A program made the translations under genes and the position numbers. Shown here in pieces: positions 20,655 to 30,756 of a stretch of 64,000 bases of DNA. Origin of the DNA: Cytophagales bacterium (GTDB lineage Bacteria; Bacteroidota; Bacteroidia; Cytophagales; JAAEPT01); NCBI GenBank assembly GCA_965224495.1, contig CBDCZI010000025.1, positions 32,586 through 96,585 on the forward strand, in the 5' to 3' direction. The notes under the pieces are model-generated. The model saw only the letters and a program-made list of their open reading frames with translations, ran no database searches and had not been told where the DNA came from. How positions within the stretch are numbered: the stretch's first letter is position 1; the number at the start of each line of letters is the position of its first letter.

Positions 20655-20965
20655 CTTTATCAAGATAATTGACTTCAGAAATTATGTTTTGAAGTTAGTT
20701 TGGTATGCCAAACAATAATTTACCATTAGAATTCTTATTTCGGCTAAATCAATTTCACATTCCTAAGTGTTAATCCACATATTTTTTCTCTTTTGATGGT
20801 CAAAAACACGCTTGTTTTTACTTTACAAGATAAAATTGATCACGCATAGTTAATGATGTTCCATATAAAAAATACATATATTGACTCGGATTTTAAGTAT
20901 AACCTGTGCGAATTTTAAATTTTTATTTTCTTTTGCCGTTTTCTTCTAGTTTTGTTCTCAATAAT

Positions 20966-23828
20966 ATGAAATTAATTTGGTCAATATATGTTCTTGTAAT
21001 ATTGCTTACTCCTTTTCAGAGTTATGGCCAAACGACATCTCCAATTTTTAAAAACTATTCCATAAGTCTGCCAAAGTACAGAAGTAAATGATGTCCTTCA
21101 AGATTCGTTGGGCTATATGTGGTTTTGCAACAGACAGAGGCATCAGTAAATTTGATGGAAAGCAATTTACAACAATTGATATTGAATCATATTTGAGCTC
21201 CAATGTTATTTTTAAATTCTTCAAAATATCAAATTCGAAAATTTGGGTAAGTACAGATCAAAACAAACTGTATTGGTTCAACCCGTGTGTTTCCCCACAT
21301 ATTTTTCATCCTTATAAATACAATAATGTACTTTCAAAAAAATTGAATAAAGTAAAGAACCAATTTATTAGAACGCTTTCTGTCAGAGATAATGGTGAGA
21401 TTTTAGTCACTTTTAAATCTAGAGTTGGGTATTTATCTATTGATAAATATGGTCAGCCTAATCTAGTGAGAAATTATTTACCGACTGTAACACATTTAAA
21501 TCTTAGGCTATATCTTAAATATTAAGGACAACTTTATTTCAACTGCTTTTGAAAAGGATATTAAAAAGAGTGATGATAATTCTATTTACATTATTAAGCA
21601 CGAAGTAAAAGACACAATACCAATAAATAAGAGTATAAAATCATTGTCTTTTAATCATGGAATACAAAGTAAAATCAAACATAAAGCTGATACGCTTATA
21701 TTATTAAGTGACAACTTAATTCGATTAAGTAATGGAAGGGTATACCACTATAGCTTACCAGCCCCAGGTTTATGTTTATATGCAGATACAACTAGAATTT
21801 TAATAGGCACTCAGCAAGGCATTTTAGAATATGATCAAAACTATAATCTTAAATATCGTTATTTAAACGAGGAATTTATAACTGGAATTTGCAAAGACTT
21901 TGAAGGCGGTTTTTGGTTTTCAACCGTTCAAAGTGGTGTGTTTTATGCTGAAAATATTAACCTTATAAAAATAATGACACCTTCAAAATTGACAGCAAAT
22001 ACTTTGTATTCTAGTAAAAAAAGACTTGAGATATATGATAAAACCAGAAATGTGTTTTGGATATATTCTTTCGATAATCAAAAAATCGATTCTATTCAAA
22101 ATATTTCTAATAGTGATGGTATAATTCAAACCAATAATCCTAAAATATTAAACTATTTTGAATCTAAAAGTCGGGTTAATTTCAGTATCAGTGAAAGTTT
22201 AAATGAGTTTAATAACAGAATAATGATCGTCACTAAAAATAAAAATTATTTTAGCGTTTACGGGAATCTTTTAGAGAAAAAGGAATCGTTTTTATACAAT
22301 GTGTCATACCCTTATTCCGGAAAACTAAAATGCGTTTACGAATTGAATGATTCTACGCTTTTATTGGGAATGGACAATGGTTTATACGACTATAATTTGC
22401 GGACGAAAAAACTAAGAGATAAGATAATTATTGGGGATAAAGACAAGGTTGTTAAACAAATTTTCAAACTTAAAGAAAAGGTTTTAATCTTGTCAAAATC
22501 TGGTATTTTTCAGTTGTTAAATCAAAATATTTCTTTAGTTAATCATTATCCGAAAATTGACTTTAACACTGTAAATGGTGTGTATACTTATAAAGATTCT
22601 TTAGCTTGGCTGTTTGATAAAGGAAGTATTTATGAAATATCGATTAAGGCGGACACGCTTTATTTGAAGCGTATAAATAGTTTACCTGAAGTAGAAATTA
22701 TTTCTGCCAATTACAGAAAAAATAAATTATTTATTGGGACAAAGAATAGTATCATTCAACTTGATTATTATAATGAGACTATTGAAGACAAAATACCTAC
22801 AAGAAGGTTTACAATAGATTCTATTCACATTAACGAATCAAAGGTTTCAGAAGTGGAATATCTAGTTGCTAAGGCTGAGGAAGATTTGATTATCTTTTTT
22901 AAGATGATCTCATTTAAGTCGTCAAACAAAGATTTTGAATATCAGTTTGATTCCGAAAAGTGGCAAAACACAAACAAAAATAGCATTATCATTAACCGGT
23001 TACCCTCAGGTGAACATACCCTCAAAATTCGCTTAAAAAACTACCCAGAAACAATTCTTCACAAAAAAATAATTGTTGTGAAGAGACCATTAATAAAAAC
23101 ACCATGGTTTATCTTTTTATTAGTTTGCATTGGCATTTTAATCGTATTTCTTGCTTTTAAAACCTTTTATACTTTCAGGGATAAAAAAAAGCAACAGAAG
23201 CTTGAACATGTGAATTTAGAACTGAAGCTTTTTAACATCTCAAATGAACCCACATTTCATGTTCAATACGATTAATTCGATTCAATTTTATATTTTAGAG
23301 AATAATAAATCAGACGCCATTGCTTATTTATCAGATTTTGCATTGTTAATCCGAAAAAGTTTGGATTTTAGCATGACAGAACGCATTCTAATAGAAGAAG
23401 AGATTAAATTTTTAAATTTATACCTCTCACTCGAAAATAAAAGATTTGACACTGATTTTAAAATTGAATATAAGGTTACAAACCAGCTTATTAATACAAA
23501 GTATATTCCTTCTTTAATGATACAACCATTAATTGAAAATATAATTATTCATGCCGATTATGAAGATCGGATTGAGAAAAAAATCATTATCAATATTACA
23601 TACGATCACGATTACTTCACGATCAAAGTAATTGATTTTGGAAAACCAAGTCAAGATTCTAAACCATTGACAAATCATAAGTCTTATGGTCTAAGTATAT
23701 TGAGAAATAGATTAAAATTATATAATGGAAAGCATTATAATTTCGACGATCTAAAACTAACACCTACTTCTGCAAACTTCGGAAAAACAGTAACAATTAA
23801 ATTGAAAGAATGGAAACCATTATTATAG
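20966..23828 (+). pseudogene. propeller/Y_Y_Y sensor histidine kinase (LytS/His_kinase type) broken by at least four +1 homopolymer indels
   Basis: Pieces are 20906-21091, 21088-21525, 21644-23275 and 23244-23828. Restored text: ...NYSISLPSTEVNDVLQDSLGYMWFATDRGISKFDG (Reg_prop-like), Y_Y_Y-like FEYQFDSEKWQN...LPSGEHTLKIRLKN, TM WFIFLLVCIGILIVFLAF, ELKLLTSQMNPHFMFNTINSIQ (His_kinase PF06580-like), and HATPase SYGLSILRNRLKLYNG. Lesions sit at 21073-75 (A3), 21123-26 (T4), 21498-500 (A3) and 23229-33 (T5). Confidence 0.75.
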
Positions 23829-24503
23829 ATGACGAAATAAAGTCAATTAAGCTATTAGAGTACCATCTTGAGCATCATTTTTGATGATTTTAATATTGTA
23901 GGAAAGTATACAAATAGTGAAGAAGGACTGTGTGCTGTGCTAGAAATAAAACCAAAAGTACTTTTCCTTGATATAAACATGCCTAAGATGTCTGGCATTG
24001 ATCTATTAAGAAGAATTGAACATTTAGATATACTGGTTGTTTTTTTAACTGCACATTCTGAGTATGCAATTGACGCTATTAAATTAGATGCTTTTGATTA
24101 CCTTCTTAAACCAATTAATATTGAAGAACTCGTTCGTGTGAGAACAAAAATTAAACAAAACAGTTTTAAGAGGATTCATTTGGAGTCACCTACTAAAATT
24201 AAGTTTAAAGTCAATAATAGCATTTATATATACGAATTGGATGAAATTATTTATACACGCTCTGAGGGTAATTATACAACAGTCTATTCAACCAATAAAA
24301 AACCTTTGGTATTAACTCGAAATTTAAAGAAAATACAAGAAGAGTACCTAAGTAATCCGCCTTTCTTCAGGCCGCATCAGTCGTATATGATAAACCTGAA
24401 TCATGTTAAGTCTTATTCGAATTACGAGATTACTTTAATACATGATATTATAGTGCCATTATCCACACGGCGACATAAGTTATTTATTGAGATAATTAAT
24501 TAA
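23810..24503 (+). pseudogene. LytTR-family response regulator with +1 frameshift in a T5 run
   Basis: METIIIDDEIKSIKLLEYHLEHHF then a stop. ORF 23868-24503 continues DDFNIVGKY...FLDINMPKMSGIDLL (receiver) and FFRPHQSYMINLNHV (LytTR). T5 at 23878-23882 read as T4 gives one 230-aa ORF. The start overlaps the kinase 3' end. Confidence 0.75.
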
Positions 24504-24649
24504 AAAATAGCACTTATTAAAAAGTATGCCACGTATATTAAAATTTGACCTTCAAATTTTAAAACAGTCTTTTTTAAACGGTTTATTTTCCGGTAATTAG
24601 ATCAAAATAACACAGAAGCTTCTCGAAAGTTGATGGAAAAAATCTAATT

Positions 24650-27600
24650 ATGAAAATAAAATTTAAAAGCAAAAAATGGCAGTTATTACTGGCTGTTTTT
24701 ACCCTATTTCTCGGTTGGGGGAATGTAAATGCGCAAGATCTACTCTATGGCATTCAAAATAATGGTTCAAATTATGAATTAGTGACTTATAATACGGTTA
24801 GTGGGGTAGAAACAAGTTTACAAAATATACCTGGCTCGTTTGGTCTTGCTGGTGTTTTAACTTATAATCCTGTTGATCAGGTGTTTTATTGCTACTCAGA
24901 ATTTGGCGCTACAACCAATACGCATTTATTAGAAATTGATGCCTGTTCTTATGCGATAACTGATTTAGGCGCCGTAATGGTTGATGGTATGCCTGCATAT
25001 GTGTCTGAAGGTTTGGCGTACGATCCAGTTTCAAACCAACTGTATGGTACCTTAAACGACATGCTTCCTACGTTACCGCTAACTGTATTTAATTACCGTA
25101 GTGTAAAGTTAGTCCGATTTACTTTAGGCACTGCAAATTGCGTACAAATTGGGACTAATATTGCTCAAACTAATCCAACTGAAGAAAACGAACTTGATGC
25201 AATCACATTTACAGGTACAGGTGCTACTGCTAGTACATTATTTGGAATGGATGGTAATCCTCATCCTTCTGCAGATTTTAGTGCCTTTTATAATGTAGGT
25301 TATACAGCGTCTATTGGTAATGCTACAGGGTATTATGATCATGGTTCTAGTCTAGCACTTCGTGGGTTTACTTATTTAGAATCTACCGATTTGGTTTATT
25401 CAAGTTTAAATAATAATTCAATTGTAACGATTGATCCTGGTTATGCGTTTGGACCAAGTGTAAATCATTTAAACTCAATTGTTACATTAGCATTAAATCC
25501 AAGTAGGAGTATCACTGGTTTAGCTTGGGGCCCACAAACATGTTGTGCGGCTTCAAGTGATCCATTATTTACCACAATCTCAACAAATATCTCAAATGAT
25601 ACCTATTGGGATGGTAAAATATACATTCCAGATAATACAGTAATCACGGTTAATAATGCCACGCTTGATATTACAACTGCGGATGTTGTTTTTGGACAAT
25701 GCTCTGGTATTAATTTTGTGAATGGCGCTGAATTAAGAGCGAATAATACGGTGTTTAGACCCTGTGCAATTGATGGAACTTGGAGAGGACTTAATTTTGT
25801 AAGTAAATCAAATAATGACCACCAAATTAATGAATGTACCTTCAAAAATGCTGAAGTTGCATTATACCTAAACAGAGATGCAGAAGCATTTATTAATTCT
25901 AATACATTTTCAAATTGTAATGAAAGTATTTTAGTGAGCAATTCTATTTTTTCTCAATCTATAGTGGGTAATAATTTTATGACTAATAATGCTTATCCAA
26001 CGTTCACAAATTGTTATCAATCTACTGCCTCAAATGATGTGATTCATATCCATGTTAATAATTCAAATAACGGAATATCTACTGTTTCGCCAATGTTTGT
26101 TGCCCAAAATGCAATGGTCAGGTCAAATACTAGCCGAACACTTAATGTTACCGGTATGGATTTCCTAAATAATACAGCATCTATTTCTGATAATAGTTTT
26201 ATCAATATGACTGAAGCTATTGTAATTCAATCTCCTTCTAATAGAATTAATATTGAAAATAATGATTTCGAAATGAATGCCGTTTATCAAACTATAGGGA
26301 CTTCTACGTCTCAAGTTTCGATTTTTAATAGTAAGCCTTTTGTATTTATTAATAATAACAATTTGATTAATAGTGGAATTGTAAAGGGGTATACTCGGAT
26401 GGGTATTTTTGCGGGAAACTCAATGAATATTAGTGCTAAGAATAATTCAATTAATGGTTTTAATTGGGGAATATTTATGAATAATAGCACGGGAATTAAT
26501 ATTTCAGAAAATCACATTACCAATGCTTTACGAGCAGGTATTTTCTTTAAAGAGCAGAATGGGTCAAATAAGAATTTTATTACTTGTAATGACATCACTA
26601 TGGATATGAATAGAGGGGTAAGCATATGGACAAGAAGCGCTTCAAAGTTTACATCAATTACCTCAAATTGTGTTAAGGATGGCAATATTGGCATTAGAAC
26701 GCAAGGCAATGGATCAATTCCAATCTTGAGAAACAATTTTATCTACAATTATGCGGTTGGAATTGATAATTTTGGTCATACTGGAAATATTGGTTTTACT
26801 GGTGATCCTGGATTGAATACACTTTGGAGTAATAACAGTTCTGGGGTAGATATTAAGAGTACTGGCTCGTCTATTACTGTGGCATCAAATTATGGTTTAA
26901 TTAATGCAACATGGGCAACAGTATCATATCTTGGAACAAATGCTTCTGATAATGTACATTCCAATGCATCATGTGCAAACCAAATAGTTGACTACGATAA
27001 TCAGCAAAATTTGAATACTAGATACCATTGTGATCATTTTAATGAATTTATCTCTCCATTAACAGGCTTTAGTCCTGCAGGTTTTACCTTGCCATCAATA
27101 GGAGATATTAAATCATATATCTTGGACTATGAGTATGATTACTTAACAGTTAATAAAATAATTGGAATGGATCATTCCATGCCTCTTGCATCAATTGAGG
27201 ATATACTGATGGTATCAGATTTAACCGAATCTCAAAAGACCAAGTCATTATACAATTACTATAAAAAGAATGGTAATTTAACTATGGCAGAAATTACTTT
27301 AAATCAATTAAATGATGCCAATTCAGATCACATTATTTTTAAACAAATTGAAGGCATTGTTTTAAAAACTATGGCAGGTATCGATTTAACGGATAATGAC
27401 CTATCTGATTTAAATGGCCTTATGAGTGAAGATACGCCTAATTCATATTATAACTTAGCGGTATCGTTATCAAAAATGAAGGCAAACCATGGCACTTACC
27501 GTTATGAATTCCCTGTTTTTGAAAAAGCAAAATTGAGCTCAAATACTTCAATTCCGTTAGATAATAGTAGTGTAATAACTGCATTCCCAAATCCATTTAA

Positions 27601-27817
27601 TGATGTGGTAACCATTCAAATTATAAGTGGTAAAATAGCCGAACGTCAAGATCTTGTGGTATATGATTTATATGGAAAACAGATCATTCGACAAACACTT
27701 GATATTGTTTCAGGCCAAATCACAATTAATTTAGAAAAGGTTTCTAGAGGGACATATTTTGTGGTTTTAGAATCTGAATCAGAAATATCAGCAAAACAAA
27801 AAATTGTAAAACTTTAA
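24650..27817 (+). CDS. large secreted right-handed beta-helix repeat protein with T9SS CTD
   Basis: 1055 aa with a signal peptide (LLLAVFTLFLGWGNVNAQ). Central N/I/F-rich ~22-aa periodic repeats (NNSINGFNWGIFMNNSTGINISENHITNALRAGIFF) are typical of PbH1/NosD-like beta-helices. C-terminal AFPNPFNDVVTIQ...GTYFVVLESESEISAKQKIVKL is a T9SS CTD. Confidence 0.6.
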   Translation: MKIKFKSKKWQLLLAVFTLFLGWGNVNAQDLLYGIQNNGSNYELVTYNTVSGVETSLQNIPGSFGLAGVLTYNPVDQVFYCYSEFGATTNTHLLEIDACSYAITDLGAVMVDGMPAYVSEGLAYDPVSNQLYGTLNDMLPTLPLTVFNYRSVKLVRFTLGTANCVQIGTNIAQTNPTEENELDAITFTGTGATASTLFGMDGNPHPSADFSAFYNVGYTASIGNATGYYDHGSSLALRGFTYLESTDLVYSSLNNNSIVTIDPGYAFGPSVNHLNSIVTLALNPSRSITGLAWGPQTCCAASSDPLFTTISTNISNDTYWDGKIYIPDNTVITVNNATLDITTADVVFGQCSGINFVNGAELRANNTVFRPCAIDGTWRGLNFVSKSNNDHQINECTFKNAEVALYLNRDAEAFINSNTFSNCNESILVSNSIFSQSIVGNNFMTNNAYPTFTNCYQSTASNDVIHIHVNNSNNGISTVSPMFVAQNAMVRSNTSRTLNVTGMDFLNNTASISDNSFINMTEAIVIQSPSNRINIENNDFEMNAVYQTIGTSTSQVSIFNSKPFVFINNNNLINSGIVKGYTRMGIFAGNSMNISAKNNSINGFNWGIFMNNSTGINISENHITNALRAGIFFKEQNGSNKNFITCNDITMDMNRGVSIWTRSASKFTSITSNCVKDGNIGIRTQGNGSIPILRNNFIYNYAVGIDNFGHTGNIGFTGDPGLNTLWSNNSSGVDIKSTGSSITVASNYGLINATWATVSYLGTNASDNVHSNASCANQIVDYDNQQNLNTRYHCDHFNEFISPLTGFSPAGFTLPSIGDIKSYILDYEYDYLTVNKIIGMDHSMPLASIEDILMVSDLTESQKTKSLYNYYKKNGNLTMAEITLNQLNDANSDHIIFKQIEGIVLKTMAGIDLTDNDLSDLNGLMSEDTPNSYYNLAVSLSKMKANHGTYRYEFPVFEKAKLSSNTSIPLDNSSVITAFPNPFNDVVTIQIISGKIAERQDLVVYDLYGKQIIRQTLDIVSGQITINLEKVSRGTYFVVLESESEISAKQKIVKL

Positions 27818-27840
27818 TATTTAGTTAGATTAGTATTATA

Positions 27841-27874
27841 GCAGGTGTGGGAATTTCTCACACCTGCTTTTTTA
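27841..27874 (+). terminator. rho-independent terminator
   Basis: GCAGGTGTG ... CACACCTGC 9-bp stem followed by T6, 24 nt after the stop. Confidence 0.65.
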
Positions 27875-27963
27875 GGATTATACTAAAGTTTTTTGCGTAA
27901 ACGATTAAAAAGGAGTCTAAATGATAAAGGACTTAAAGTTAATTGTACCATTTTTATTTTTAA

Positions 27964-29118
27964 CTATTTACTCATGTTTTCAAGCTCTAATCGCAATTCT
28001 GCTTTTTCTGTTTCAGAATAAATTGTTGAGGTTGAAAGAGAATATTTAAACTGGCTGACAGTTTGAGTTGTATCTTGTTTTGATTGCTGTTGAGCATCCA
28101 TAATATACAAATAAGCTTCTGAAAAATTAGGGTAGAATTTCAATAGGATTTCCCATGCTTCAATGGCACTATCAAATTGATTTTCATTGTAAAGACTCCA
28201 GCCTTTTCCATTTAATATACCAAGAGAAAGTGGAATACTATTACCATAATTGGCGGTGATTTCTGCACCCAGTGCTTGATATATACTGAGGTCTTTTTGT
28301 GCATCAGAAATGTACTTGGATTGAATTTTAGACCATTCTTCAAAAATCTCGTATAAAGCTGTACCAATGGTTAAACCAGGTGTTACATTGTGGTCAGCTT
28401 CTTTAAATAAAAAACCTTTAGCGTCAATTGATATATTGTTAAATTGCTTGATTGCTAAATCCATTTTAACATAATCAGTTGGATAATCATTACCAATACC
28501 AAAGCGGTAATATTTGTTTGATTTTAAATTTTGACCATTCATTTGGCCGATAGAATCTATTAAATTCACATTCTTTTGGGTGAAAAATGGGCTGAGTGAA
28601 ATCACTGCATTCAGCTCATTGATTTTGGAATGAAATAATGCGCTTGTAAAGTAGCCATATCTTGAATGTCCAATTAATAATCTAAATGATGAGGCATTGT
28701 ATTCGTTTTCAGCAAGCGGTATTAACTCATTAAAAATAAACTTTTCGTTTTCCAAAGCAAGGCCATTCGGGTTAGAGGCTAGGTGCGACGTTTCAAGATA
28801 TCTATACTTTTGTTCAGATTGAACACTGATGATAACTGATGAGGGCATTTGTTCATTGCTGGTCAAGTAATCAATTGTATTTAAGATATATTGGTGACTC
28901 CTTTTATTTTGTTTATCAAAAACAATAATCAATGGGAATTCCTGATTCACACCATCTTGCCATTCAAATGGAACAGTAACTGTGATATTCTTATCAAAAC
29001 CAAGATGTTTTGAAGTAATCGTAGTATCTACTAATTTTTTATAGCGCTCGTATTCCTGCGCAAAACCATTATTTGAAATACATAAAGTTAAAAAGAGAAC
29101 GTAAATTATTTTAGACAT
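27964..29118 (-). CDS. secreted esterase-like alpha/beta hydrolase with C-terminal TPR-like region
   Basis: 384 aa with a signal peptide. LLIGHSRYGYF nucleophile-elbow-like segment resembling the 'putative esterase' family. C-terminal WEILLKFYPNFSEAYLYIMDAQ is TPR-like. Confidence 0.45.
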   Translation of the reverse strand: MSKIIYVLFLTLCISNNGFAQEYERYKKLVDTTITSKHLGFDKNITVTVPFEWQDGVNQEFPLIIVFDKQNKRSHQYILNTIDYLTSNEQMPSSVIISVQSEQKYRYLETSHLASNPNGLALENEKFIFNELIPLAENEYNASSFRLLIGHSRYGYFTSALFHSKINELNAVISLSPFFTQKNVNLIDSIGQMNGQNLKSNKYYRFGIGNDYPTDYVKMDLAIKQFNNISIDAKGFLFKEADHNVTPGLTIGTALYEIFEEWSKIQSKYISDAQKDLSIYQALGAEITANYGNSIPLSLGILNGKGWSLYNENQFDSAIEAWEILLKFYPNFSEAYLYIMDAQQQSKQDTTQTVSQFKYSLSTSTIYSETEKAELRLELENMSK

Positions 29119-29249
29119 TACTTTAATTGTTTTATTTCAAAGTTAATGAATCCAAAGAAGTTCTTCTGAATTTAACATGTAATTCTACAAATCATTTAAC
29201 AACGAATAATGATATTTTAAAGTGGGAATCGTGCTAATTAGTAATGTTC

Positions 29250-30479
29250 TTAAAAGTGGATATCGACTTGCGTTCTCCAGTATATATTGTCATTCTTTCC
29301 GCCGTTTCCACTCGTATTGTTGTGAACCATTTTTTGACGGTAAGTTAGGTCAGTTTGTATCTTTAATTTATGTCCTACAAAGTATTTTGAAACCGCTAAT
29401 GAATAATCTTTTTCAATGCTAGATACATTAATTTCTGGTGTAATATCAGTATAACGCATACCTACTTCCCAGTTATTACTGAACATCCATCCAGCCTGAA
29501 CATTTAATCCAGTTCCAGTAAAGTACGTTCCAATTATATTTGTGCCAGAATACACATTGGCATCACCATCAAGTGTTGTTTTATTGGCATATTCACCCAT
29601 TAATGAAAATTGCTTGTATTTAAACATTAAATCAACGAAAAGCGTATTTAATGTTTTGCCTACATAATTACCAACACTATCTTTAATGAAACTACCGTTT
29701 TGTCCTCTTTCACGTCCTGCATCAACATTCATGTCATAGGTTATTCCAATAGATAGTTTTGGTTTAGATTCTCGTTTTATAGCTGCACCAATATAATCTC
29801 CTTTTGATTGAAATTTACCAAATGGAAGTGCTTCTACTCTAAAAGTATAATCATATCCACCAATATTTCCTGCAGTTACATTTCTGCCTTCTCCTTGACT
29901 AAATGCAACAATTTCTTTAATTAAAAAATTATTAAAGATTGTAAAATGGTGTTTTAAATGTAATCCCATATCACGGTCAAGGTTATAGCGAGAATTTAAC
30001 CTTGAACGGTCAACAAATTGAAGATTTGCTGAAGAAATAACACGCTCTCTATTGCCTGGTAGCTTGGTTTGACCAGCAAGGATTGAGAAATTCTTATAAA
30101 AATTCCACTGAACGTATGCATCTAATATATATTTAGGTGAATTATTAAATTCAGGTGTATTTGAACCGCTGATGTCTCTATTTGACAGCCCTAATTCAAT
30201 TTTATAAGTAAGCTTAGGTGAATATGCAAAACCATTGAATTTTAACCTTGCTCTTCTAATCATGAAACTACTTTCATGTTTTCCGATATTTCCAAGGTCA
30301 TCATTAGTAACAGTCCATTCATTTGAAAAGAGACTTTGAGTTCTGATTCCAATTTTCATAAAATAGGTAGAATCTTTTCCCATAATCTGAAATCCTTTTC
30401 CAAATTTTTCACCTGTTACCTGCCCAAATAGATTGACTGCCCAAAATATTATTACAATAGCCACAAATACATTTTTCAT
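29250..30479 (-). CDS. outer-membrane beta-barrel porin, phosphate-selective porin O/P-like
   Basis: 409 aa with a signal peptide, alternating amphipathic strands and a C-terminal Phe (RTQVDIHF). Divergent from a Na/Pi cotransporter gene. Confidence 0.55.
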   Translation of the reverse strand: MKNVFVAIVIIFWAVNLFGQVTGEKFGKGFQIMGKDSTYFMKIGIRTQSLFSNEWTVTNDDLGNIGKHESSFMIRRARLKFNGFAYSPKLTYKIELGLSNRDISGSNTPEFNNSPKYILDAYVQWNFYKNFSILAGQTKLPGNRERVISSANLQFVDRSRLNSRYNLDRDMGLHLKHHFTIFNNFLIKEIVAFSQGEGRNVTAGNIGGYDYTFRVEALPFGKFQSKGDYIGAAIKRESKPKLSIGITYDMNVDAGRERGQNGSFIKDSVGNYVGKTLNTLFVDLMFKYKQFSLMGEYANKTTLDGDANVYSGTNIIGTYFTGTGLNVQAGWMFSNNWEVGMRYTDITPEINVSSIEKDYSLAVSKYFVGHKLKIQTDLTYRQKMVHNNTSGNGGKNDNIYWRTQVDIHF

Positions 30480-30532
30480 TTTCTGTCTAAATTTTTGTCA
30501 AATATTACATTTTTTTAATAAATACTTAATAT

Positions 30533-30565
30533 TAGCTAAGCAATGTTAACGATAGCTTAACATAA
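30533..30565. promoter_or_regulatory. TTAACAT repeat cluster 1 (candidate Pho-box-like operator)
   Basis: ATGTTAA (30543-30549) and TTAACAT (30557-30563) form a 7-bp inverted repeat, embedded in three 11-bp-phased units TAGCTAAGCAA/TGTTAACGATA/GCTTAACATAA. Confidence 0.3.
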
Positions 30566-30679
30566 TGATGTCAAGTTTTATAACTCAGAAAAACCGTTAA
30601 TACTTTATTTAAAGAAGTTTACAGACAGATTTATTGTTCGTTTTAGGAAGATTTGAAAAATAGTAAAAATTCTAATTTT

Positions 30680-30700
30680 CTTAACATAAGCTTAACATTG
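30680..30700. promoter_or_regulatory. TTAACAT repeat cluster 2 (tandem 11-bp direct repeat)
   Basis: CTTAACATAAG CTTAACATTG: two CTTAACAT copies exactly 11 bp apart, 57 nt upstream of the 30757 ATG. Confidence 0.35.
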
Positions 30701-30756
30701 AAATAAAGTCGCGATTAAATCAATCTTTTACTTTTGTTCCAAATTAAATTGAACAC

